In this document: piece after piece, positions 14,701-26,700 of the stretch | How positions within the stretch are numbered: position 1 is the first letter of the stretch | Layout: every line of letters begins with the position of its first letter | Origin: Phoronis australis | Lineage: Eukaryota; Animalia; Phoronida | Assembly (NCBI GenBank): GCA_002633005.1 | Contig: NMRA01000210.1 | Coordinates: forward strand, 628,883 to 692,882 | Direction of reading: 5' to 3' | Length of the DNA stretch: 64,000 nucleotides | Program-made: the position numbers and the translations under genes | The notes under the pieces: generated by a model | What the model saw: only the letters and a program-made list of their open reading frames with translations | Databases searched by the model: none | What the model was told of the DNA's origin: nothing

Positions 14701-17700
14701 TTTTCGAGTACGGATCATGTATTAGTTATGGGATAGGTACTTCTTGGATCCTTATAACATCTTCTAACCATGTAATAAGGGTTAACAACGCGTGAGAAGG
14801 ACTTTAACTAATGATAAGCCATATTAAACAACATTTCACAGTGCTACCTTTGTAGCGTAGTTACAAACTATGTTTTGAGAACTTTAAAGATCGACTTCTT
14901 AACGTTTAGCTAATGCTTTACAGCCTCTTCGTAAAACGTGGAAGAACTATCTGTTGTTTGACAAACAAATGTTTCGCGTACTTGTGGTAAGCGAACTTTG
15001 TACTTTGAATTAAATTTCTTTCAATAAATCTTATTTTAACCCACCTGTGCCCGAATTCTAGTTACTGACGTATAAAATAATAATCCCAGTCTTATCTGTG
15101 GTTCCTGCTGTTTTCTGTTAGTCCATTTTGCAGTTTATGCAGTCTTATTTCTGTCTACGACTGTTTGCCTATCGTTCCACCACGGCCTTATCTAGTTTGA
15201 TGACGACAGCTACTCACTGATAAGCCAATGTTAGTGTGAGCTGCTGTTGTTTTTTCAGATATTGAACTTAAAATGTTCCATTGGCTTTACGACTTCTTTG
15301 GCCGAGAGCAATCACTCTGATGGGTCACAGGACAAACCTGATTCCAAACTCTTGTCAATCTCTCACATCCAAGTCGAAGAAACAGCGTGGTGGAGTAAAA
15401 TCAAATCAAAGTCGAAAATGGCGTTCCTTCAAGCGATTGCTGAAGTTTCCAATGTTAATTTTGCAAATGATGCCACCTTGTCGCAATCAAGCCCACTCAC
15501 AGACAGTCCGTTGGAGAGTACGAACACTGTCACCTCAAAGAGTCCAAGCAAGTCATCCAAAACGACCCTGCCAAGCTTCACTGATGATTCGTACAAGAAC
15601 GTGATCGCTGTGAATGCTGAACGGACTATACTGGCTTGGCATTTAGCTGCTGACATGGCCACCGTCGGTAAGAGAATAAGATACTGGACATCAGCAATGT
15701 TATACTGTTACACGTTTCGTCGTGATTTCTATAGGAAAGGTTACATTTTGTCCCCGTAGCCCCAGAAGGCAGCAAACCACTAGGTTAACAAAGGGCGCAC
15801 AAGCTTGTAGTTGCCTCACGCATGCTCAGTGAAAAAGTTCTCTCCAGCCGCCTCTCATTTTACTCTCCCGCTCCCGAACCCTAGGTCGCCAACTGGTATG
15901 CTTACGCGTTTCCCCCGCCCGTTGAAAAATAAAGGGTGATCAAAGATCTTACTATTGGGCCAAGACTGATCTGTTGTTAGAATTGCGGATGCTTGACTGC
16001 AGTGTGAGCTCATCTGGTAATAAACTTTGAAAATAACTCGGCTGAGCAATTGGTGAATTTAAAAAAGTTGTAAATCAGAATTTTCGAGAAGATAACATTT
16101 ACTTCGTTTTCAAGTTTGTTTGTGGTTCCACTTCAATAGTTCAGGGATCTCTATATGCAATAATCACTTTCAATAGACAGTGCAAATATGTTTGGATGGC
16201 TGGATTTTGGGGGCAACTGGCTTCTACTTGTAAAATCTCGCCATGAAGGCATTTTGCTTTTCAATTCTATTTTGTTTATACCACTCAGTGAAAGTCATGT
16301 GTGCGATGATAGATCAACTCTTTGCTATTTTGATTCTAGTGGATGTAGTATTCGGATGTTTAGTGATGAGGTATCTTGGCAGTGAGTGGATGACACAATT
16401 TGGACCCGGAAATATAATAGACAGGCCGTCACACTGGTTCCGAAACATCACGCTGACGTCAAGATGACGTCAAGATGATGTCAGAATGACGTCATGTTAA
16501 ACATTCCCATAGGTATGAATTTCCTTTTGGTCTCTGCAATAGGGCATGACGATTTTGAAGTTGAAGCTCTTGAAGACTACTCCAAAGCTATGATGGGAGA
16601 CACATGCACCAAAAGAGTCAAAGTAACGCAGAATTGTAAGTAGTCTTGTACTAATTGGATCATTAAGACTTTTCCATAGGGATTATTTAATAGGACATTT
16701 CGCCCCTGTTTAGCTGTCTATGTTGACTTTTTAACTGAAGAATGTCGGGCTTTTAATAATTTTTTTCACCTCATCCGATTTTGAGTTGTTGGCAACTCAA
16801 ATTTCAGGCCATACGCGCATTTGCCATTTTATAATTTGTAATTTTAGTGCTGGTTAACCCCCGTAAACGTTTGCTTCAGTCGCAGGTGATTGTTTTGCCA
16901 ATTCTCGGAATATCTCACGTCTTCTTGTGCAAGTGAATATTGGGAAACATAGTGAAATTGCTGAACATTATGTACTCCCATCTTGAGCCCACAAAACTGT
17001 TCTCAATAGCGCGTAAAAGAATTCTCTAAATTCGCGTTTTTATGGAAAATAACAAAAACGATAATTTATCAGGTGACAACCGATAGGCGATATGTAGCTC
17101 TGATGTCCAATAAGGTCTGAGAATCATGAACATGTTGAATATTAAGGCATTTTTGTGGCATTTCGTGTGTAAACTAGCTGCTATAATTGGTCTGTCCAAT
17201 TCACACTGGGCTGTAACACCACATCGTATGCGCTTATAAATTATCGGAGCTACTGTTTGTAGACAGCATGCGTCATCTGATTCGGCCATCCAAACTCCGC
17301 GTTGCTGACATAAGATTCAAGCCCATGAAACCAGACAGCGTTGCGAGTACGGAATCGACGACCATGAATTCTCTGTTTGGAAGCAAGTTTGAACTTACAG
17401 AAGACAAAATGGACTTCAACCACCATCTCAGCCATCCGAGGTACGTCCTCTAAGTGTACAACCTCATTTTTTGCACAATATTTTTTGAAAAGCGTCATAT
17501 AATGTGTCAAACTTGTTCCTACAAAGTTAGGGAGTTTGAGGAAGTTAAAATCGGCAGGAGTCACTATTGTGCTCAGTAGTACTCTCATTAAAGATGTAAG
17601 GTCCACTTAGGCAAACGATGCTTTCTGAAAAGGTTAATTATTGACTCTGGTGTTCATTTTTTAAATTTTACCAATCGACACTTACCGTAAGCTTCACCCC

Positions 17701-20700
17701 TGACTTCTGCATTTGACAAAGGTGTAGCTATGAAATTAGGATACCCACCCATTTACGGAGAGGATTCGAAAAATGGCACCCATTTGTATCTTCCATCAAA
17801 CTGTAACTCTTTCGCAGAGTTTTGTTGCAGAAATATGCCCTTTTGTAGTGGCCAATTCCGTAAACTCAACCTTTCCGAGGACTTTTTGTATAGCTGCATT
17901 GAAACATTGCAGGGAAATAAGTCATGCTGTCAAAATGAGCATCATTTGCAACCAAAAGTTTAAAAATATGTTAAACGTTTCTGTCGTTTTGTGTAGTTGG
18001 AAATAGAGCCTTTTATAGGGATCTTTGTGAGAAAACTTACCCTGCCGAGCGGCACTTCCCGTATACCTCTTCTGTGTGAGCACCCCGTGGTCTTGTACTA
18101 ATCTTGGGAATTTGTTTGTTACGAGTGCATATACAGGCTCTCTCATGGCATTAATGCAAAAGCCAAGTACGGGTCCAAAACCTTATAAAACAGCACAAGC
18201 ATTTCTTGTTCCAGGAATATGGCAGAAGTATTGAGAGATCCTGACCACCTGAAACAATTCAAACTGTTTTTGGAGATGTATAACGCGCAACTGCCACTGG
18301 CGTTTTACCTGGTCATTGAGGATTTCAAGTTCAGATGTCTTTCAGGGTAAATGATTGAGCTCGTTCCTGGGAATTTAATGATTTAATTGTTGTGTCAATA
18401 GTGGTGGTTGAAAGCCAAATTGTATCTTAAGTAAATAGATCGTTTCCTATTTTTGTTTACAGGAACAAAAATTCCCGTCAAAAACAGCTAATGATCACTG
18501 CCATTTTGAAGAGATTCTTCTCCCCAAAACACGACTACGGTGAGTTCACAAATCAGGAAATCCTTTCGACAAATTGAAAACTATAAGGTGCAGTCATCTT
18601 TCAGTGTGTTATACGTAAATGGACGTAAGCGCCATTTTAGTTCATGTCATCCCGTATGCTATGGTCTTGATTCCTAAGATTGAATCTGTATCCATTATTT
18701 TCTCATAACAAGGTGCCGGGTTGGATTGCGATGCAAAGATAATAAAGGAAATTCCCAGACTTCCTGCCGTGTCCCCAGCCATTCTCTATAATGCCCAGAT
18801 GTGTGTCGCTCGAAGCCTTGAGGACAAATGGTACGCAAATTACAATGCGCCACAACTTCTACACTTACATAATCCGCATAAGTTGATCAGATCACGTAGT
18901 TCAATCTGAAAGATGTACTGACCGGGGCTCGTACTTTCGCTATACGAAATGACTTCTTTCACCTATATATTGTGTCTTCTTTCTTCAGAAAAACTAGGCC
19001 TCACTTTATCATTTCTCCAAGCACATGTAAAATATAATCATTTTCATTCCATTGGAGGTTTAAAAAGTACGCCGCCATGTTCGGATATGGAAGTGGTGAC
19101 TTTGGCGAGTTCCTTGCAGAGCGAAGAGGTTGGAATCCCGATAGCAGTATTGTAAGCTTCGATCTTTCAGTGTCAATTATTGACTGGTATTTTAAAAGTT
19201 TGAAATCCAGCCTACCAAGGCCTTAAGTGCACACGCCATTTACATTCGTTTAAACACGCCAGTCTTTAGCTTGTTAAATATTACAATGTGCAAACTCTTG
19301 CGGAAAACTAAATCAAAGTGCACCCGAGAAAAAGGCAAACAGCTGAAGATCTATCTGGACGACGCAAATTTTACCCATAAATCTCCATGCTTGGATGAGC
19401 ACGCATGGCCCTTCTTTTTCTGTAAGACGTTGTCGTGTACTGTTGCTTGTAACACTTGATACAAGTTTAATACTTAGTGTGCTATTTCAGCAAAGTTTGT
19501 GGACCTACATAATTAGATGCTTGGTCCATTTCATGCGAGGCATAGAGGACATGAAAACTCGAAAGAGCTTCTGTCGGTACGTGACCAGAGTTCTGCCTCA
19601 GCAGATTCCTCCTGTAGACAAAGAAAGTAAGTGTTTTATGCAGTATCATGAATCTAATTCTCCGTTGCGCATTTAGGAAAGACACTTTCTTTTGTCGCGA
19701 TGGTACGAACGTTAGTCCACTGCCACATAGTAAAAACCTGTCCTCATTTGCTTCATGGTATTCGATTTCTTTTAAATCTCTTCAGAACAAAAGCTGACTC
19801 TGGAGCACCTGCCAGCCTCGGCGATCTCCAAAACTGATCCAGGAGAACCACTTAGACTCTTGTTTGGGCGGTTGGTGTGCATGCACAAACTACCGAACGA
19901 CATTGACTTCCTGTTCGAATGTATTAAGTAAGCCCATTTCGTTTGGCAGATCATTTACCGTGGAAAGGGCGTCCTGCCAACTAGCTCTCAAGTACTTGTT
20001 AAGTTCTCCATGCATATAACCGCTTACACATCATTTGTGAATAATCCGTGCAATTACTAAATGCGAATTTCTGTGATTTAGAGCCTTACGTCATTGAAAA
20101 CGTTTGGAGATTGATCTTTAATGCATCCGGTAGTGAATATGTTGCACAAGGTTGCTAACCTGAGGTATCATTGAAACCAATTGTCCCCAATTTGATGCAG
20201 ATATTCTCAACTTGCTTCCAAATGTCTCAAAGACGCCAGGGAGGGCTTCTATTCCAAAAACCACATCAAAATGTTGACGAGAAAAGCGGATGCGATTGTT
20301 AAGCTGTATTTGAGGACCGAGGCTGCAGTCAAATTGCAGGTAAATAACCCAATTTACTGAAAGCGGATATAACAGTGGCGGGGGGAGGTCGGGAGGGGGG
20401 TTTGCCCCAAAACGTGTCAAACAAGAAAACTGCAAGATACCAGAGACTCGAACTCACAACCTGGTGAATAGAGCGTGCATACTTTACCATTACACCACCA
20501 CGCCTTAACTACTGATCGTATGCTAAGAGACCTACTTGTTTATGGTCCACAGCGTTTGCGCGCGAAACCTACTTCTTTTTGTAATGCTTATTACATGTTT
20601 TATATTTTGTGCAATCGGTTCTTAACAAATTTGTTGTATTTAAAATAGTCTTCAAATGTCCAAAAGACCTAATTCGTTTTTCGTGTTGGCAATAATGACG

Positions 20701-23700
20701 GATTGCTTTGGAAATCGTCTTAAGTTAAGGTTTGACAAAGAGAGAATTATGAGTTTTTGAGTGATTCACTAAGGCTTCGATTAAAATTCACATCTTACCA
20801 GCAGCTTCTGTTTTTTCGTCGTCACTCAGGCTCTATTTTCTTTAAAAAATGAAGTAAATTTTCTTCACTGCACAGTGGAGCAGACGACGGAAACGGAGTC
20901 GTAGTGCTCAGCGCCTCTGCCTGTCGCCTGGGATATCGCGGGAGAGCCTATATACTTAACCATAGTTCCGTATAATTTTGATTACCGGGGTTAATTAATA
21001 AACTCAACGTTTCCCTACGCTCTTGCTGTTTTATTTTTTTGCGGCAGCCAAGGGGGGGGCTGGGCCCCTGCCCCCCCCCCCCCCTAAATCCGCCTATGTA
21101 TAAACCTGACTTTCTTTACAAACACAAACTTTTGATTTAAACCACTTACCGTTAGGAAATTCTCAAATTGTTCCTTGGTAAAAATGTGGGAGTTTTCAGG
21201 GTTTTGAAAGAACTTTCAGTTCCTTATATTGCTTGAGACCAGGCTCTGCAAGGTGACTTCTCATGGCATGTCGTTTAATGCGTTGAGCATGGCGTTTAGC
21301 AAAAAATGTTAGTTGATTATCCCAGACATATTTTTCATTTAATTACAGCTTTTTGTTACTTAAACAATTACTCGTCCTTTACTCCGGAAGTGACTTTTGG
21401 GAGGCAAGTATTTCGCGCCAATTTCTTTTAATATAGTCTGATTGTGAGAGCTGCCGAGTCACTCATTGTTCTACGTCTGTTGTGATTAGTTCGGTCGTCG
21501 TTTGCTTTTGTTTACGAGTCAGTCCACATGCCACACTGTTGCTACGTACCGAGATGTACTCATTATCGTCTCACGGACAGAGGAACAATTGTTCCACTTG
21601 CCCGAGTGTCCCGCAACACACTCCCACTGGATGGTGACCTGAGCACACAAACTGCTTACATCTCTCCGTGTGACTCCCTCGCCACACACCTGGCACCTTC
21701 TAAATAGATCCAATACTTTAGACAAGTCCTCAATAAACTTATCAAAGTTTGGCTCACCGATCTATTCACTGGACGACGAACTGTTATCTTCACTGGGTGT
21801 CGAACGGGGCCTGTATTCACTCCCTCTACTCAACATCGCAGTAGGGCTGCTTACAGGCTCTGGGCGATGATGAGTACATCCCGGTACGCAGCAACAGTGT
21901 GGCATGTTGACTGACTCGTAAACAAATGCAAACGATAACCGAACTTGTCACAGCCGAGGTATAACAATGACTGACTCGACAGCTCTCACAGTCACACTAT
22001 ATGAAAAGAAATCGGTGCGAAATTCTTGCCTTCCAAAACGTCACTTCCGGAGTAAAGGACGAATAATTAATTAAATTACGAAAAGCTTTTATTAAGTGAA
22101 AAATATGTCTGGGATAATCAAAGAACCTTATTTTTGCTAAAAATGTCATGAAAAAGTTGCCTTTCCCTTTAAGGAAAAGCGAACTGCCAGTCCTCAGCAT
22201 ACCCAGAAACCACTTTTCATTCATGTAAGGAACAAGTTAGGGCAATTATGTTGCGGTAAATTGTCTAAGTTAAATGTCCATTTCTTGGACAGAACGCGGT
22301 TTACAGCCGACTTAATTTAGTTAGTGTTAGATTTGAAATACGTCATCCGTTTTTGTTTCGTGACCAGTAGACCGGTCTAACCAGCAGGAAGATGAATCCG
22401 AAACCCAGAGGCGGATCTACAGGGGGGGTTCAGGGGGTTTAAACCCCCCTCGGGTCAGGATCAAAAATAAAAACTGGAAAAAAAATCGCCAGAAAAACGA
22501 AATTAGCTACTAAATATCCCAAAAAATCTTACACGGGAGGAGGGAAACCCTCTCGCGACCTTCCTGCTCCTCGGCGCTACGCGCCTCGGATTCTCTCGAA
22601 TCCTAAACCCCCCTTACTGAAATCGTAGATCTGCCACTGCGGATTTGGTAAGGGTACAGAAACTGACCTTCTGAGCAACTGTAACATGAAACTGACCCTC
22701 TGATAAGCTGCAACAATAAATCCAGTCTACTCCACATATGGATTTGATATGAGCAGTACGGACTGTTATGTGCAATTTGTAGTTAGAATATGACTTAAAA
22801 CTTTCTGGAAAGGAATTTTCTCCCCATCGCCACCCCTCATCGGTCATCTGCCAACAGTTTACTTCAATGTCCCTTGAAGTCGGTACTAGATAAATTGGCG
22901 TAATATAAGGGTGTTCGTGGAAATCAGTTTGTGTATACTATTCTCTACAACAAAAACAACAGATGATTTTAATTTACACTCGTCCACAGCCTAACCCACT
23001 CATGAGACCTGGGGAGCGTTCACTAGACGGCAACAAATTACCATATACTCTCGGCAAGAACATTTCGCTTGTAGAGTGGAAACAAGTAAATTCAATCTCA
23101 AAATTTCAACCCCACAATTCAACACCAACCAATAACTTCGGTAGCAGCCATTTTGGCTGCTACAGGCTAGTATGCTCTCGAGTCATACTAGCGGAACACT
23201 CGGTTGTTACTCGCGTGATCTTGCGAAGTCTTGTGAGATGCTGGTTATGCATGGGGATACTGTTCAGGGTAGAGTTCAGTAGCTCTAAGACATACGCTAA
23301 AACCTCGCTAAAATCTAGCCAAAATCACGTGTTCTCATATAAAATACATAAAATATCTCACGTAATCTGTCGAAGTCTAGCCTTACCGGACTCTTCATGC
23401 CCAATTCTCATCAGGTTTTGGCGGTCAGTGCACACGTCATTGGACTTGCTGGCTTTCATCTAGTTCTCTAGTTCTCCGAAGACTCTGTGACCAAAGTGGT
23501 GAGAGTCCTTTAACATCAAAACCACTACATAAGACCGCAAAGTCTTCATTCTGTCTCCTATTTTTGACCCTTTCACTTCCACCGAAATAGAAAACGAAGC
23601 CCCGAAGAGGTGTTAAAAACAAAAACTATTGACGATGTTTTCATCCTCAAACCACCAATTCCATGCAATTGCAAATTTTTATGAATTCCAAAAATGTGGC

Positions 23701-26700
23701 CCAAAAATGCTGCCAGCCGAGCCAACTAGACTTAATGCAATTTTGTCTTGTTAGAAAAAGTAGCCTGAAAAGTTACACAGTTTCATTCGGAGCAGAGGGA
23801 GAAAAAGGACAATTCAGAAGGGACACAGTTCGTTCAACAAAGACCACTACCCCTCCAGTAGACCAAGACAGTCATATGGCGCAATAGATGGTTGCAGTCC
23901 TGTGCGTCTCGCACATTTTCATGCTAAGGGGGTCACCTACCTCGCTGATGGCGATGGCACTGGGTCAACACTTTCCTGCAAGTTCAGGCCAAGCACTAAA
24001 CGAGAAAGCAGTTACCATGAGACCAAACGACTGGACGGCGGGAAGGTCACCGTAGACATGCACCCAGGGTTAGGGTTAGGTTTACAGAGTTAAGGTTACA
24101 GGGTGAGGGTTACAGGATTAGGGTAAGAGATCCAGGATTAGGGTCAGGGTAGGGGTTAGGATTAGGGTCACGGTAGGGGTTAGGGTTGGACTTCCAGGGT
24201 TAGGGTTAGGGTTCTGCTGTTAGGCTTAGGGTCCCACGGTTGGGCCTAACTAGGGTAAAGATTAGGTTGTTTCTACTAATAATGTAAAAATAAATCTTCA
24301 TAAACTATTGTCAAGACTTTGATTAGTGGCAGAGAGAAGAATTAGTGCCAAAACTTAAAAATATTTTGAAAGTTGACCATTTCATTTAAGGAGGCACACA
24401 ACAGTTCTTACAGGGGTTTGCCTATCAGAACACACGTCAATGCACTCTTCACCCTTTCTTCACTCTGTCAAATAATGCATGCAAATAAAGAATAGTTTTG
24501 AGACATTTCACACCACAAGCCCTATAGATGAGCACAGAAAGTTTATTCTCTCTTGTATTTTTGACCCTCACTCCTACTGAAAGCCAAGCTAGACTTAGAA
24601 AAATAGGGGCAAAACATGAAAAATCAGCACTTTTCACCCCAAAACCACCACTGCCCTTCCGATGGCAACAGTAGATTCCGAAAGCAAACTTCCTACCGAT
24701 TCCAGAAATGTGGGCCAAAATACTGTTAACGGTGAAACAACTAGTTTTTGCAAATCTGGCATGTTTGAGGGCTACCTGAAATCGCGGCCAATTTCTCAGG
24801 TGCTACGCAGCAATGCACAAATGCAACCAATGAGATAAATAGCTAAAATTGACGTCACGTGGTTTTCGTTGAGCGGAGTGATCCGCCATCTGGCTGATGA
24901 ACCATGTTAGTCGAGATGCTTGTGTACTGTGTAGTATCTAGGGACCAATATTGGTAACAACACGGGATTTCAAGTAAAAACTCATGGCTTTAATGTTGGG
25001 ATCATCAAGTGCAAACCAGGATTTTTAGAAAATCATCCAAGAAAATCATTGCATACTTGAGCACAGAATTTTTAAAGGGTCTTAACACTTATCTTTAGTT
25101 ATAGCAGAAAACATAAAAAATAAAGTTAAGTTTGATTTCCAGTATAAAGATTAGTCCGATATGTCTTTAAGGGTTTAGTGACAAAGATGTACCGGTATGT
25201 TGCTTTCTAGCAACGAAGAAACACAAAAAGTGACTACAAGATTAATAGTTGTACATTTTTACAGAGTGGACACCAATTCGAAGATTTATTAATACAACCA
25301 GATTATTAGCAATAAGGCAGGATCGAAGGACCTGATACCCCAAGAATGCTACACCCCACAATGTTGTATTGGGACGGTAGATGGGTTGTTTCTGGAGATT
25401 TTAAGAGATGGGACTAATGTTATGTAGCCTGGCAAGTTATTTAAATCTGCTACTTGAAGAAAACTATCATTTTTATTTTCTGTCCTGTTTATGGTCTTCT
25501 GATACTTACAGGGTATGTAGCATGCGCCCACCCAGCGTTTAATTTGGGGTTCTCGAATTTCTGGAGATGTGGACCTTTTACTAACAAGGCAGCGGTAGGA
25601 CTTAAAAGACGGGGTACCACGTTCGGAGCTGTGAATTGTGCATTTGTGCCTTTTTAGTGAACTTTTGTCTCGATTTATCGGACTTTTTGTTTCTCTGGGG
25701 CGGACCTTTTTGCCCACTTCACCAAATGGAGGGGGCTCATTGGAGCTCCCCCGAGCCCCCGTCCCTGGGTGCGCATTTGTAGGACAGGACAGATGGAGTT
25801 TATGAGCATTGAGTTTTGTCATATTTATTTTGTGTCGGGGTGTTGTCAATATAAATGCATTAGTAACATAAGTGTGTGCCAGTAAATGTCTGATCCAACT
25901 GAATTGAGGGATTAAATTAGACTTGTTGAAATCTGACTTTTGCCGTAGTGGAGTGCATGTACCAGTACGGTACAGTAACTCTGTACCAGCCAAACGTTTC
26001 CCCTTTTACTGTCACGGTGTGATTTTACTCGTGATGGTGATATTTTGAAATAAATATGTTTTGAAATAAATCAAAACTTTATTGTTTGAAATGGTTACAG
26101 TATCTCAATGTGTTGTTTCTGTGTGAACATTTTTTGTTGTCCTTCTCGTTCTGGATGGCCAGTCAGATGGAAGTGTGCTTGTTATTGAAAGAGAAAAAAA
26201 ATCTGCGATTCCGTACATCATGGTTAAATAAAAGGGGTACATTGATTGGTGTAAAAATTAATATTGGTAAAAACTAATAATGCGAACCACTTTTTAAAAC
26301 TGTAGTTCCGCGGCGTGTTGTTTTACAACAGAGTCTATGACACAACTATTTGAATGAAATGTGAGACCATGTCGTTTCAAACTGTACAAATAACCAGTTC
26401 ACCACGCTAAGATGAATTAGGTACTAGGACAAGTAATACTAGATAGTTAAATAAAAGTAGTGTTTTACTGAAGTAATTGTCCTTGAGACGCCTCAGCACC
26501 CCTTACATGCGTTTTACTTTTGGAAAAAAACCTCTGCATATTAATGTAAGTATCATTCCTTGGTATAACCTGAAGTAGATAATTCCAATCACCTTTCGTA
26601 AAATTGGGTCTGTGCAAATACATACTTCGACCTCCGGCTTCGGCTACCCAATCAATTTCTATAATTCTATCGTTTTGCAAAATTTTTCTGCAGACTTTTA

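Noticed and set aside
13540-14760. Probable non-autonomous DNA element (duplicated gggtcgaacc, ETS/YY1-like motifs)
   Set aside because: No convincing TIR pair or TSD, so boundaries are unsupported.
19270-19421. Candidate exon in the 19271-19459 ORF
   Set aside because: Its end phase is incompatible with exon 19491, and 19058-19151 completes the expected W-F-K-K-Y motif.
22614-22900. Cys/Trp-rich minus-strand stretch, possibly a transposon CXC remnant
   Set aside because: Too degenerate to assign.
24067-24268. True chromosome end
   Set aside because: Short, degenerate, and inside an intron with in-phase exons on both sides.
25349-25993. 214-aa minus-strand ORF
   Set aside because: Non-ATG start, no recognisable domain, and it crosses a GC-rich MITE-like insert; probably chance.
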